Assembly: GCA_950097015.1 (NCBI GenBank) | Contig: CATNEN010000038.1 | Location: 6,510,001 to 6,574,000, forward strand | Direction: 5' to 3' | DNA from: Macrostomum hystrix | Lineage: Eukaryota > Animalia > Platyhelminthes | DNA: 64,000 bases | Part shown: positions 52,755-64,000 of the stretch, piece after piece | Numbering within the stretch: the stretch's first letter is position 1 | Layout: each line of letters starts with the position of its first letter | Notes under the pieces: model-generated | The model's input: only the letters and a program-made list of their open reading frames with translations | What the model was told of the DNA's origin: nothing | Databases searched by the model: none | Made by a program: the position numbers and the translations under genes

Positions 52755-55700
52755 ATGAGTGACCAAGTAGAAACTGCTGCCCCCGCCGCTGCGTCTGCGA
52801 CCAGCGACGAGCCGATGCGCGTTGTCCTATTGGCCATTGACGGCTCCGAGCACTGCCAGCGCGCATTCGACTGGTATGTGAAGCAGCTGCGCCGTAGTCA
52901 CGACGTGCTGCTGATGGTGCACGTCATCGAGCCACCATCGGTGCCCGGCTCTCTGTCATCCAGCTCCAGTGGCGACGCCTTTCTGCGCAAGCACGCCGAG
53001 ATGCTAGAGGAGCAGGTGACTTATTTGTTTGTTGTATAAACCTCAAACCATTCCCTGACAAACTCCTAATGGCCACTTAGATTCCCTAACAACCTTTTAA
53101 TTTCTCTGACAACTTTTTAAATTCCCTGACAACCTCCCAGATTTCCTAACAACTTTTTGAATTCCCTGACAACCTCCCAGATTCCCTAACAACCTTTTGA
53201 ATTCCCTGACAACCTCCCAGATTCCCCAACAACCTTTTGAATTCCCTGACAACCTCCCAGATTTCCTAACAACCTTTTGAATTCCCTGACAACCTCCCAG
53301 ATCTCCTAACAACCTTTTGAATTCCCTGACAACCTCCCAGATCTCCTAACAACCTTTTGAATTCCCTGACAACCTCTCAGGTTTCCTAACAACCTTTTGA
53401 ATTCCCTGACAACCTCCCAGGTTTCCTGACATCCTCTCATATTCCCTAACAACCTTTGAATTCCCTGACAACCTCCCAGATTCCCTGACAACCTCCCAGA
53501 TTCCCTAACAACCTTTGAATTCCCTGACAACCTCCCAGATTCCCTAACAACCTTTTGAATTCCCTGACAACCTCCCAGATTCCCCAACAACCTTTTGAAT
53601 TCCCTGACAACCTCCCAGATTTCCTAACAACCTTTTGAATTCCCTGACAACCTCCCAGATCTCCTAACAACCTTTTGAATTCCCTGACAACCTCCCAGAT
53701 CTCCTAACAACCTTTTGAATTCCCTGACAACCTCTCAGGTTTCCTAACAACCTTTTGAATTCCCTGACAACCTCCCAGGTTTCCTGACATCCTCTCATAT
53801 TCCCTAACAACCTTTGAATTCCCTGACAACCTCCCAGATTCCCTGACAACCTCCCAGATTCCCTAACAACCTTTGAATTCCCTGACAACCTCCCAGATTT
53901 CCTAACAACCTTTTGAATTCCCTGACAACCTCCCAGATTTCCTAACAACTTTTTGAATTCCCTGACAACCTCCCAGATTCCCTAACAACCTTTTGAATTC
54001 CCTGACAACCTCCCAGATTCCCCAACAACCTTTTGAATTCCCTGACAACCTCCCAGATTTCCTAACAACCTTTTGAATTCCCTGACAACCTCCCAGATCT
54101 CCTAACAACCTTTTGAATTCCCTGACAACCTCCCAGATCTCCTAACAACCTTTTGAATTCCCTGACAACCTCTCAGGTTTCCTGACAACCTCGCAGGTTT
54201 CCTGACAACCTCGCAGGTTTCCTGACAACATCCCAGATTTCCTGACAACCTCCCAGATTCCCTAACAACCTTTGAATTCCCTGACAACCTCCCAGATTTC
54301 CTAACAACTTTTTGAATTCCCTGACAACCTCCCAGATTCCCTAACAACCTTTGAATTCCCTGACAACCTCCCAGATTTCCTAACAACCTTTTGAATTCCC
54401 TGACAACCTCCCAGATTTCCTAACAACTTTTTGAATTCCCTGACAACCTCCCAGATTCCCTAACAACCTTTTGAATTCCCTGACAACCTCCCAGATTCCC
54501 CAACAACCTTTTGAATTCCCTGACAACCTCCCAGATTTCCTAACAACCTTTTGAATTCCCTGACAACCTCCCAGATCTCCTAACAACCTTTTGAATTCCC
54601 TGACAACCTCCCAGATCTCCTAACAACCTTTTGAATTCCCTGACAACCTCTCAGGTTTCCTGACAACCTCGCAGGTTTCCTGACAACCTCGCAGGTTTCC
54701 TGACAACATCCCAGATTTCCTGACAACCTCCCAGATTCCCTAACAACCTTTGAATTCCCTGACAACCTCCCAGATTTCCTAACAACCTTTTGAATTCCCT
54801 GACAACCTCCCAGGTTTCCTGACATCCTCTCATATTCCCTAACAACTTTTTGAATTCCCAGACAACATCACAGATTTCCTGACAACCTCCCAGATTCCCT
54901 AACAACCTTTGAATTCCCTGACAACCTCCCAGATTTCCTAACAACTTTTTGAATTCCCTGACAACCTCCCAGATTCCCTAACAACCTTTGAATTCCCTGA
55001 CAACCTCCCAGATTTCCTAACAACCTTTTGAATTCCCTGACAACCTCCCAGATTTCCTAACAACTTTTTGAATTCCCTGACAACCTCCCAGATTCCCTAA
55101 CAACCTTTTGAATTCCCTGACAACCTCCCAGATTCCCCAACAACCTTTTGAATTCCCTGACAACCTCCCAGATTTCCTAACAACCTTTTGAATTCCCTGA
55201 CAACCTCCCAGATCTCCTAACAACCTTTTGAATTCCCTGACAACCTCCCAGATCTCCTAACAACCTTTTGAATTCCCTGACAACCTCTCAGGTTTCCTGA
55301 CAACCTCGCAGGTTTCCTGACAACCTCGCAGGTTTCCTGACAACATCCCAGATTTCCTGACAACCTCCCAGATTCCCTAACAACCTTTGAATTCCCTGAC
55401 AACCTCCCAGATTTCCTAACAACCTTTTGAATTCCCTGACAACCTCCCAGGTTTCCTGACATCCTCTCATATTCCCTAACAACTTTTTGAATTCCCAGAC
55501 AACATCACAGATTTCCTGACAATCTCCCAGATTCCCAGACAACATCCCAGATTCGCTGACAACATACCAGATTCCCTGACAACCTCCCAGATTCCCTGAC
55601 AACCTCCCAGATTCCCTGACAACCTCCCAGATTTCCTAACAACCTTTTGAATTCCCTGACAACCTCCCAGATTCCCTAACAACCTTTTGAATTCCCTGAC

Positions 55701-56266
55701 AACCTCCCAGATTCCCCAACAACCTTTTGAATTCCCTGACAACCTCTCAGGTTTCCTGACAACCTCGCAGGTTTCCTGACAATATCCCAGATTTCCTGAC
55801 AACCTCCTAGATTCCCTGACAACCTCCCAGGTTTCCTGACAACCTCGCATGTTTCTTGACAACCTCCCAGATTCCCTGACAACCTCTTAGGTTTCCTGAC
55901 AACCTCGCATGTTTCTCGACAACCTCTCAGATTCCCTGACAACAGCTCCTGTTGTCACGTGGCATCCTTACAACCAATAAATTTTTCGCGCAGATCGCCG
56001 AGGCCAGGCGCATGGAGTCTCGCTGGAAGGACGCCTGCCGCGACATCGGCGTCAAGCACTTCAGCTTCCTGCTGGTGTCTGGCGAGCCCGGCGAAGCCAT
56101 CGTCCGCGCAGCCGAGGAGCACTCGGCCGACATGGTGGTGATGGGCAGCCGCGGTCTGGGCCTGCTCCGCCGCACCTTCTTGGGCAGCGTCAGCGACTAC
56201 GTGCTGCACCACGCCTTCAGGCCGGTGATGATCTGCCCGCCGACTAAGCGGGAGGCCACGGAGTGA
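52755..56266 (+). CDS. Universal stress protein (UspA family); exons 52755-53015 and 55994-56266 (177 aa)
   Basis: VVLLAIDGSEHCQRAFDWY; GEPGEAIV..DMVVMGSRGLG..RRTFLGSVSDYVLHH; phase-0 GT-AG intron. Confidence 0.95.
53050..55945. repeat. Intronic minisatellite, 40-bp dimer (2x20) TCCCTGACAACCTCCCAGAT-TCCCTAACAACCTTTTGAAT with higher-order blocks
   Basis: Fills almost the whole USP intron. Confidence 0.97.
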
Positions 56267-56989
56267 CCCCGGGCAGTCGCTTCTGCACCCTTACACCCTG
56301 GACTCCGATAGTTGATAATGTTGAAAATTTCTGCGAAGGGTCTTAAACCTAATAATTACTCACTCATTGGTAGCTATGTGTACCCTGATTTGGGCGGCAG
56401 CTGATTGTGTTATGGCCTTAGTATAATCGATTGATTATACTAATTAATCTATTGGTATATAGACCAAAAAAAGGAAATGAATTAATATACGTTAAAAAAT
56501 AAAATCACGGCGTTCCTCTTTTTAATATGCAGTTACAAAAGTACAACATTGTCTCTTGAAGTGGTGGACACGTTTTGATCCTTAAATATTTTCTACTCTG
56601 TCCAGGCATTCTTCCTATCCCAGTGAAGCAAGTTTTTGCACAATGCTACAAACACCGAGTCATTAGTTTGCTTAGTTTTACCTATTTGTTTTCAGTAAGT
56701 TTTCCTGTCACTCCTATTTATTTTATTTCTAAAGTGTCGCTTGCTGGATTATTAACTCTGAAGAAAATAATTATAGGCCAGTTTAAAAGCATCTTTTTGC
56801 TTCAATCATTGAATTGCAAAATACTTAAAAACAAAAAACGAAAAAAAAATTAATATAAATGCTAACCAAGTCATTGTGGGGTCTATGATTGCCGGTTGCT
56901 GTTTGTAGCCTGAATGTATTATTTCTATTTTTGCTTTTATTGTTTACTGACCAGAGAACTCTCTGTTCGCAGGCGGATCCAAGTTTGAG

Positions 56990-58035
56990 GGTGTGGGGTA
57001 GGGTGAGAGCCTGGATGTGGAGTAGGGTGAGAGCCTAGATGTGGAGTTGGGTGAGAGCCTAGATGTGGAGTAGGGTGAGAGCCTGGATGTGGAGTAGGGT
57101 GAGAGCCTGGATGTGGAGTAGGGTGAGAGCCTGGATGTGGAGTAGGGTGAGAGCCTGGATGTGGAGTAGGGTGAGAGCCTGGATGTGGAGTAGGGTGAGA
57201 GCCTAGATGTGGAGTAGGGTGAGAGCCTGGATGTGGAGTAGGGTGAGAGCCTAGATGTGGAGTTGGGTGAGAGCCTGGATGTGGAGTTGGGTGAGAGCCT
57301 GGATGTGGAGTTGGGTGAGAGCCTGGATGTGGAGTAGGGTAAGAGCCTTGGGTAGGGTGAGAGCCTGGTTGTGGAGTAAGCTGAGAGCCTGGGTGTGGAG
57401 TTGGGTGAGAGCCTGGATGTGGAGTAGGGTGAGAGCCTAGATGTGGAGTTGGGTGAGAGCCTGGATGTGGAGTAGGGTGAGAGCCTGGATGTGGAGTAGG
57501 GTGAGAGCCTAGATGTGGAGTAGGGTGAGAGCCTGGATGTGGAGTAGGGTGAGAGCCTAGATGTGGAGTTGGGTGAGAGCCTAGATGTGGAGTAGGGTGA
57601 GAGCCTGGATGTGGAGTAGGGTGAGAGCCTGGATGTGGAGTAGGGTGAGAGCCTGGATGTGGAGTAGGGTGAGAGCCTGGATGTGGAGTAGGGTGAGAGC
57701 CTAGATGTGGAGTTGGGTGAGAGCCTGGATGTGGAGTAGGGTGAGAGCCTGGATGTGGAGTAGGGTGAGAGCCTAGATGTGGAGTTGGGTGAGAGCCTGG
57801 ATGTGGAGTTGGGTGAGAGCCTGGATGTGGAGTTGGGTGAGAGCCTGGATGTGGAGTAGGGTAAGAGCCTTGGGTAGGGTGAGAGCCTGGTTGTGGAGTA
57901 AGCTGAGAGCCTGGGTGTGGAGTTGGGTGAGAGCCTGGATGTGGAGTTGGGTGAGAGCCTGGATGTGGAGTAGGGTAAGAGCCTTGGGTAGGGTGAGAGC
58001 CTGGTTGTGGAGTAAGCTGAGAGCCTGGGTGTGGG
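56990..58035. repeat. Minisatellite, 24-bp unit GAGAGCCTGGATGTGGAGTAGGGT
   Basis: 8-aa periodic ORFs. Confidence 0.95.
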
Positions 58036-58130
58036 GAATGCAGACAGCCTTGCTCAAAACTTGTCTTTTGAGTCTATTCCTGAGCAGTCCTCATCAATCG
58101 CCTGCTCTCCTCAATCAAACTGCAGCCCGA

Positions 58131-59078
58131 ATGTTCAGCACAAGCAGCCATAAGCGGCGCTGGCTTTTCGACTCCATTGAAGAGCTCGAACAGCAGCGCC
58201 AGGACGGTCACACCAGGGCCGTCAGAGACTTTGCCCAGCGGCTCAACCTGTCGCCGGCTGAGGCCGACGCGCAGGCTCTGACGCTAGCGGAATGCAGCCT
58301 CCTGATTGGCCAATACACCACCGTGCTAGTTAACACCTGCCGAGATTTTAAACCAGATTTGCCACCTAGCGTAACAGCCACGGCGGTGCATTATTTCCGT
58401 CGGTTTTACCTGTTGAATTCGCCAATGGAGGTGCATCCCAGGGATGTACTATTCACATGCCTCTACCTGGCCTGCAAGGTAGACGAATTCAACCTGTCAA
58501 TACACCAGTTCGCTCAGAATATTCCAAGAAACAAAGAGAAATACGTGGATCTCATACTGAACTCGGAGCTGTATTTGATCGACCGGCTTGGCTTCGACCT
58601 AATAGTGCACACGCCGTTTCGGCCGCTGGAAGGCCTGCTGCTGAAGGCGGCCGTGTTCTACACCGGCCAGTCAGTGCCACCAGCCACTGTGGACCTGCTC
58701 AGGCGTAAGGCCGATGAGTTTGTCATGCTGTCTCTGAGCTCGGATGCTTCCTTCCTGTTCCCGCCGTCACAGATTGCCCTGGCTGCTCTTGTTGAATCGG
58801 CCGAAGGTCTGGGCTTGAACGCTGAACAGTTTGTGCTCAACCAGCTCTGCAGCAACGACGTCAACTGCTGCAGGAAGTTGATGGAGAAAGTCCGGCAGCT
58901 GTTGACAGATTTTCCCATCGCTGGCGGTGGCGACGAACACGCCGGTGGAGCCGCCGAGGCTCTGCGCTCCATCGACAGAAAATTGTCCGTCTGCCGGGAT
59001 CCCGCAGGCGATCCCGAGTCGCTGGTCTTCCGCGATCGGCGCGCCAAACTCGAGGAAGCTGCGGGAAGATTCGTCTGA
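58131..59078 (+). CDS. CCNH: Cyclin H (CAK/TFIIH subunit), intronless, 315 aa
   Basis: MFSTSSHKRRWLF; TAVHYFRRFYLLNSPMEVHPR..TCLYLACKVDEFNLS; LIVHTPFRPLEG; PSQIALAA. Confidence 0.95.
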   Translation: MFSTSSHKRRWLFDSIEELEQQRQDGHTRAVRDFAQRLNLSPAEADAQALTLAECSLLIGQYTTVLVNTCRDFKPDLPPSVTATAVHYFRRFYLLNSPMEVHPRDVLFTCLYLACKVDEFNLSIHQFAQNIPRNKEKYVDLILNSELYLIDRLGFDLIVHTPFRPLEGLLLKAAVFYTGQSVPPATVDLLRRKADEFVMLSLSSDASFLFPPSQIALAALVESAEGLGLNAEQFVLNQLCSNDVNCCRKLMEKVRQLLTDFPIAGGGDEHAGGAAEALRSIDRKLSVCRDPAGDPESLVFRDRRAKLEEAAGRFV

Positions 59079-59142
59079 TTGGCTGACAGCACGGTGGCTC
59101 GAATAATGTATTATTGCGTCTTTGGAATATTATCAGCTGAAA

Positions 59143-60200
59143 ATCTGGTAGATTGATCGAGTTGATCTATGGTAAAGTCTGGTAGATTGATCGAGTGGAT
59201 CTATGGTAAAGTCTGGTAGATTGATCGAGGTGATCATTGATAAAGTCTGGTAGATTGATAGAGTTGATCTATGGTAAATTCTGGTAGATTGATCGAGTTG
59301 ATCTATGGTAAAGTCTGGTAGATTGATCGAGGTGATCATTGATAAAGTCTGGTAGATTGATCGAGGTGATCATTGATAAAGTCTGGTAGATTGATCGAGT
59401 TGATCTATGGTAAAGTCTGGTAGATTGATCGAGTTGATCTATGGTAAAGTCTGGTAGATTGATCAAGTTGATCTATGGTAAAGTCTGGTAGATTGATCGA
59501 GGTGATCATTGATAAAGTCTGGTAGATTGGTCGAGGTGATCATTGATAAAGTCTGGTATATTGATCGAGTTGATCTATGGTAAAGTCTGTTAGATTGATC
59601 GAGTTGATCTATGGTAAAGTCTGGTAGATTGATCGAGGTGATCATTGATAAAGTCTGGTAGATTGATCGAGGTGATCATTGATAAAGTCTGGTAGATTGA
59701 TCGAGTTGATCTATGGTAAAGTCTGGTAGATTGATCGAGTTGATCTATGGTAAAGTCTGGTAGATTGATCAAGTTGATCTATGGTAAAGTCTGGTAGATT
59801 GATCGAGGTGATCATTGATAAAGTCTGGTAGATTGGTCGAGGTGATCATTGATAAAGTCTGGTATATTGATCGAGTTGATCTATGGTAAAGTCTGGTAGA
59901 TTGATCGAGTTGATCTATGGTAAAGTCTGTTAGATTGATCGAGTTGATCTATGGTAAAGTCTGTTAGATTGATCGAGTTGATCTATGGTAAAGTCTGTTA
60001 GATTGATCGAGTTGATCTATGGTAAAGTCTGGTAGATTGATCGAGTTGATCTATGGTAAAGTCTGTTAGATTGATCGAGTTGATCTATGGTAAAGTCTGG
60101 TAGATTGATCGAGGTGATCATTGATAAAGTCTGGTAGATTGGTCGAGGTGATCTATGATAAAATCTATTACAGATTGACAGTTGATCTGTAGAAAGTCTG
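59143..60200. repeat. Minisatellite, 34-bp unit AAAGTCTGGTAGATTGATCGAGTTGATCTATGGT (two variants)
   Basis: Direct tandem copies. Confidence 0.95.
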
Positions 60201-60565
60201 GGGAATCGATGATTTTCAATATTTTAGAAAATCCATACTAAATTTCTAGCTGAATTTAAAAAAGAATCGATTGCAACTCATGATTTAAATTTATTTGTAC
60301 TTTAACTGTTCGCTAAATCCTTAAATTATTACAGCCCATTAAAAGCACTAACAAGTGCAACTGCGACAATTTTGAAGTGTCTTTCTTTGCTAAACATATC
60401 GGCATTTGGTTTAATAATTGACTGTCTAATTGACTGTAAAACGTTAATTTCATTTTTTTGTTTTAACTGTCCTATTTGACGCTATTTACGATTGAATTTG
60501 ATAAAGTGCGTCGTCAAAATACAGTAGTTGCATTTCATTTTCTGTTCTTTTAGCAAGCGACAGCG

Positions 60566-61040
60566 AATCCATGGGAACTTCAAGGTCAACCAGATAAAAT
60601 CCAAGGGAACTTCAAGGTCAACCAGATAAAATCCAAGGGAACTTCAAGGTCAACCAGATAAAATCCAAGGAAACTTCAAGGTCAACCAGATAAAATCCAA
60701 GGGAACTTCAAGGTCAACCAGATAAAATCCAAGGGAACTTCAAGGTCAACCAGATAAAATCCTAGGGAACTTCAAGGTCAACCAGATAAAATCCAAGAGA
60801 ACTTCAAGGTCAACCAGATAAAATCCAAGAGAACTTCAAGGTCAACCAGATGGAATCCAAGAGAACTTCAAGGTCAACCAGATGGAATCCAAGGGAACTT
60901 CAAGGTCAACCAGATGGAATCCAAGGGAACTTCAAGGTCAACCAGATGGAATCCAAGGGAACTTCAAGGTCAACCAGATGAAATCCAAGGGAACTTCAAG
61001 GTCAACCAGATGGAATCCATGGGAACTTTAAGGTCAACCA
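60566..61040. repeat. Minisatellite, 32-bp unit CCAAGGGAACTTCAAGGTCAACCAGATAAAAT
   Basis: Direct tandem copies. Confidence 0.95.
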
Positions 61041-61232
61041 AGGGAAACTATAGGAATTTCTGGGTTGAACAGAAGGAAACTAGTGAGCTTCATTGCTAAC
61101 GTGAAGAGAGGCTAGATTTTTTCAAGCTATAAAACTCGCAGAGACCAGGGAACTGAAGTTATTAAGCCTAAGACCTCGTATCTAGTCTGGCTGTGTCCAG
61201 CGTATTAACATCCGCGATTTGAATTCCATCAG

Positions 61233-63069
61233 CTGCCAACTCTTTCGTTTCGCTCGGCGGCCCTCCGGCTGGCAGCTGCCTGTTCTCGCCGTCTCAGCAG
61301 CACCGGCGGCAAGCAACGGGTTGTCTCCCGTCAGCAGCAGCAGCAGCAGCAGCGGCACAGTCGCAATGAGCTGGAGATCGCCGCAGCCCAGGATCTTCGC
61401 CGTCTAGTTCGGCTGCTCGGCCCGACCGGCCAGAGTCTGGGCGTCTGTCGCCTGGAGCAGGCTAGAACCCGGGCCGCCGCGACAGGCCACAAGATTCGAC
61501 TGGTGGACGAAGCCGCGGCGGCGATCGCCAAAGACGGAGGCTCGACAGGCGAGGGCATTCCGACCTACCGAATGGTCGAGGGAACTGCAGACATTAAGGG
61601 TGAAAAGTGAGCGCTGTTTGTCACCCGCATTTACTAAAACTGCTTATTATCTGTCACTCTTGCACGAGCCTGTCACATCTATCACTCGCACAGTCTTCCA
61701 TCTGGCACTCTCACAGGCTCACATATTTCACTATCACAGCCCCCCATCTGTCACTATCCCAGCCTCCCATCTGTCACTATCCCAGCCTCCCATCTGTCAC
61801 TATCACAGCCTCCCATCTGTCACTATCTCAGCCTCCCATCTGTCACTATCACAGCCCCCCATCTGTCACTATCCCAGCCTCCCATCTGTCACTATCACAG
61901 CCCCCCATCTGTCACTATCCCAGCCTCCCATCTGTCACTATCACAGCCCCCCATCTGTCACTATCCCAGCCTCCCATCTGTCACTATCACAGCCCCCCAT
62001 CTGTCACTATCCCAGCCTCCCATCTGTCACTATCCCAGCCTCCCATCTGTCACTATCCCAGCCTCCCATCTGTCACTATCACAGCCCCCCATCTGTCACT
62101 ATCCCAGCCTCCCATCTGTCACTATCACAGCCCCCCATCTGTCACTATCCCAGCCTCCCATCTGTCACTATCACAGCCCCCCATCTGTCACTATCCCAGC
62201 CTCCCATCTGTCACTATCACAGCCTCCCATCTGTCACTATCTCAGCCTCCCATCTGTCACTATCCCAGCCTCCCATCTGTCACTATCCCAGCCTCCCATC
62301 TGTCACTATCCCAGCCCCCCATCTGTCACTATCACAGCCCCCCATCTGTCACTATCCCAGCCTCCCATCTGTCACTATCACAGCCCCCCATCTGTCACTA
62401 TCCCAGCCTCCCATCTGTCACTATCACAGCCCCCCATCTGTCACTATCCCAGCCTCCCATCTGTCACTATCACAGCCCCCCATCTGTCACTATCACAGCC
62501 CCCCATCTGTCACTATCCCAGCCTCCCATCTGTCACTATCACAGCCCCCCATCTGTCACTATCACAGCCCCCCCATCTGTCACTATCACAGCCTCCCATC
62601 TGTCACTTTCACAGCCTCCCATCTGTCACTCTCACAGAAGCCTGTCACATCAGTTAATCGCAAAGCCTCTGTCACTCATCGTTCATCCGGCAGCTCCGGT
62701 GGTACTCAGCAGCGCTATCAGCCGCGCCGTCAAAAGCAACCGAAGCCGCCGGCCGAGATTCGCATCTCCGAGCGCATCGACGATCACATGCTTGGCATAA
62801 AGCTGCTGCAGGTGCACCGCCTGATGGACGCGCAGCGCAGGCACAGTGCCGAAGACTCCGGCAGTCACGGCAGTGTCCGGCTGGTCATCAGCGCACATCG
62901 CGGCAGCACCAGTGGCGGCGAGCCGGCTCTGAAGGCCCTTGCGGCCCGCATCGCTGCTGAACTGCAGCAATCGGCTGACCCTGGCGGCGGCGACTCAGGA
63001 CTGCGCGTCAACCAAGCTGGCCAGGCCTCCGCTGACTCTCTGACCTGCCTTGTCACCTGGGCTGCCTGA
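61233..63069 (+). CDS. MTIF3: Mitochondrial translation initiation factor 3-like; exons 61233-61606 and 62694-63069; no genomic ATG found
   Basis: Presequence-like LPTLSFRSAALRLAAACSRRLSS; IF3-N-like VRLLGPTGQSLGVCRLEQA..PTYRMV; IF3-C-like EIRISERIDDHMLGIKLLQV..VRLVIS; donor AA|GTGAGC is phase-matched to acceptor GGCAG|C. Confidence 0.72.
61725..62640. repeat. Intronic minisatellite, 23-bp unit ATCTGTCACTATCCCAGCCTCCC
   Basis: Direct tandem copies. Confidence 0.95.
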
Positions 63070-63103
63070 CAGTCCTGGTGGCCCATCAGCACTAACTCCG
63101 TAC

Positions 63104-63370
63104 TCCCTTCCTCTCCTTCTCTTCATCCTCCCTTCTCCTTGCCTTCAACCTCCCTTCTCCTTGCCTTCATCCTCCCTTCCTCTCCTTCTCTTCATCCTCC
63201 CTTCTCCTTGCCTTCAACCTCCCTTCTCCTTGCCTTCATCCTCCCTTCCTCTCCTTCTCTTCATCCTCCCTTCTCCTTGCCTTCAACCTCCCTTCTCCTT
63301 GCCTTCATCCTCCCTTCCTCTCCTTCCCTTCGTCCTCCCTTCCTCTCCTTCCCTTTATCCTTCCTTCTCA
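63104..63370. repeat. Pyrimidine-rich tandem repeat, 69-bp unit (3x23)
   Basis: 23-aa periodic ORF, ~3.5 copies. Confidence 0.9.
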
Positions 63371-63805
63371 TTGCCTCCAAACATTTTTCCGATCTATTTT
63401 GAATATATTTGAGGCTGGATTCTTGTGTATATTTTGCTGTCTAAACTACGCCATTTGGAACCATAATCTTGTAATTATTTTATCACATCAAATACACTGA
63501 ATTTCTTAAACTAATCTGCTCAGCAAGTTCAAAATTGTGAATGCAATTTACATAGTCAAGTTTAAATGTTGTATTTTCACGCTTAGAAATCATGGTTAAA
63601 AAGTCGTTGCGCTACTTATTAGTAGCATAGAGATGGCATGCATGTATGCTTGAGTTTATTAAGCCACTTTCATTTCGCTGAAATTATTTTTTATAATCAA
63701 TCCAGTGAAAATTATTTAAGAAATAATAAAATATGTATTGTTTTTTTGTACAGTCTGTTTGCTTAGTTACACCATCTCCATAATATTACACATTAATGTT
63801 ACACA

Positions 63806-64000
63806 TTACACTTTAGTAATGGTCAGGTAGGAGGACTTTAATGAGGACGGCTGGATGGGCCGCTTAGAATCGATCATTCTTGAGCAGGATCTGCTCTGCG
63901 ATAGCGCGGCCGCCCCTGCTGCTGATGCTGCCGCTGCTGCTGAGCCCCACTGGAACTGCTGGCAGGCCATGTAGCCTTCGCTGCCAGCGTGTTGCTGCGG
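63806..64000 (-). CDS. Probable last exon of a convergent gene ending ...SYLTITKV*
   Basis: GC-rich open frame from the window end to TAA; class I PDZ-ligand-like C-terminus; product unknown. Confidence 0.4.
   Translation of the reverse strand, partial: PQQHAGSEGYMACQQFQWGSAAAAASAAGAAALSQSRSCSRMIDSKRPIQPSSLKSSYLTITKV

Noticed and set aside
57777-58130. Trp-rich N-terminal extension of cyclin H
   Set aside because: It derives from the 24-bp minisatellite; cyclin H similarity starts at ATG 58131

Overview
This is eukaryotic (invertebrate) genomic DNA. GC-rich polyQ exons, a metazoan USP gene and minisatellite-filled introns suggest a free-living flatworm such as Macrostomum (inference only). 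Hand-spliced host genes, all on +: LITAF-like, a claudin/PMP22-family tetraspan, PEX16, a universal stress protein, cyclin H and mitochondrial IF3. The IF3 model has no genomic ATG and may get its start codon from a flatworm-type spliced leader, as the last gene of a possible operon. Two short secreted genes and one frameshifted EGF-D8C-Ig pseudogene resemble the VWDE N-terminus. Mobile DNA: a young Mag-like Gypsy element (LTRs identical by eye, one nonsense codon); a deleted Helitron containing a LOA-like LINE and a hAT-type MITE; a Crypton tyrosine-recombinase transposon whose empty site lies in a paralogous duplicated segment; a tRNA-derived SINE inside that Crypton, sharing its 3' stem-loop and tail with the LOA-like LINE; old LINE remnants and further MITEs. 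About 19 unrelated minisatellite arrays (16-69 bp units) account for many of the spurious ORFs. All family calls come from motif recognition by eye; no searches were run.
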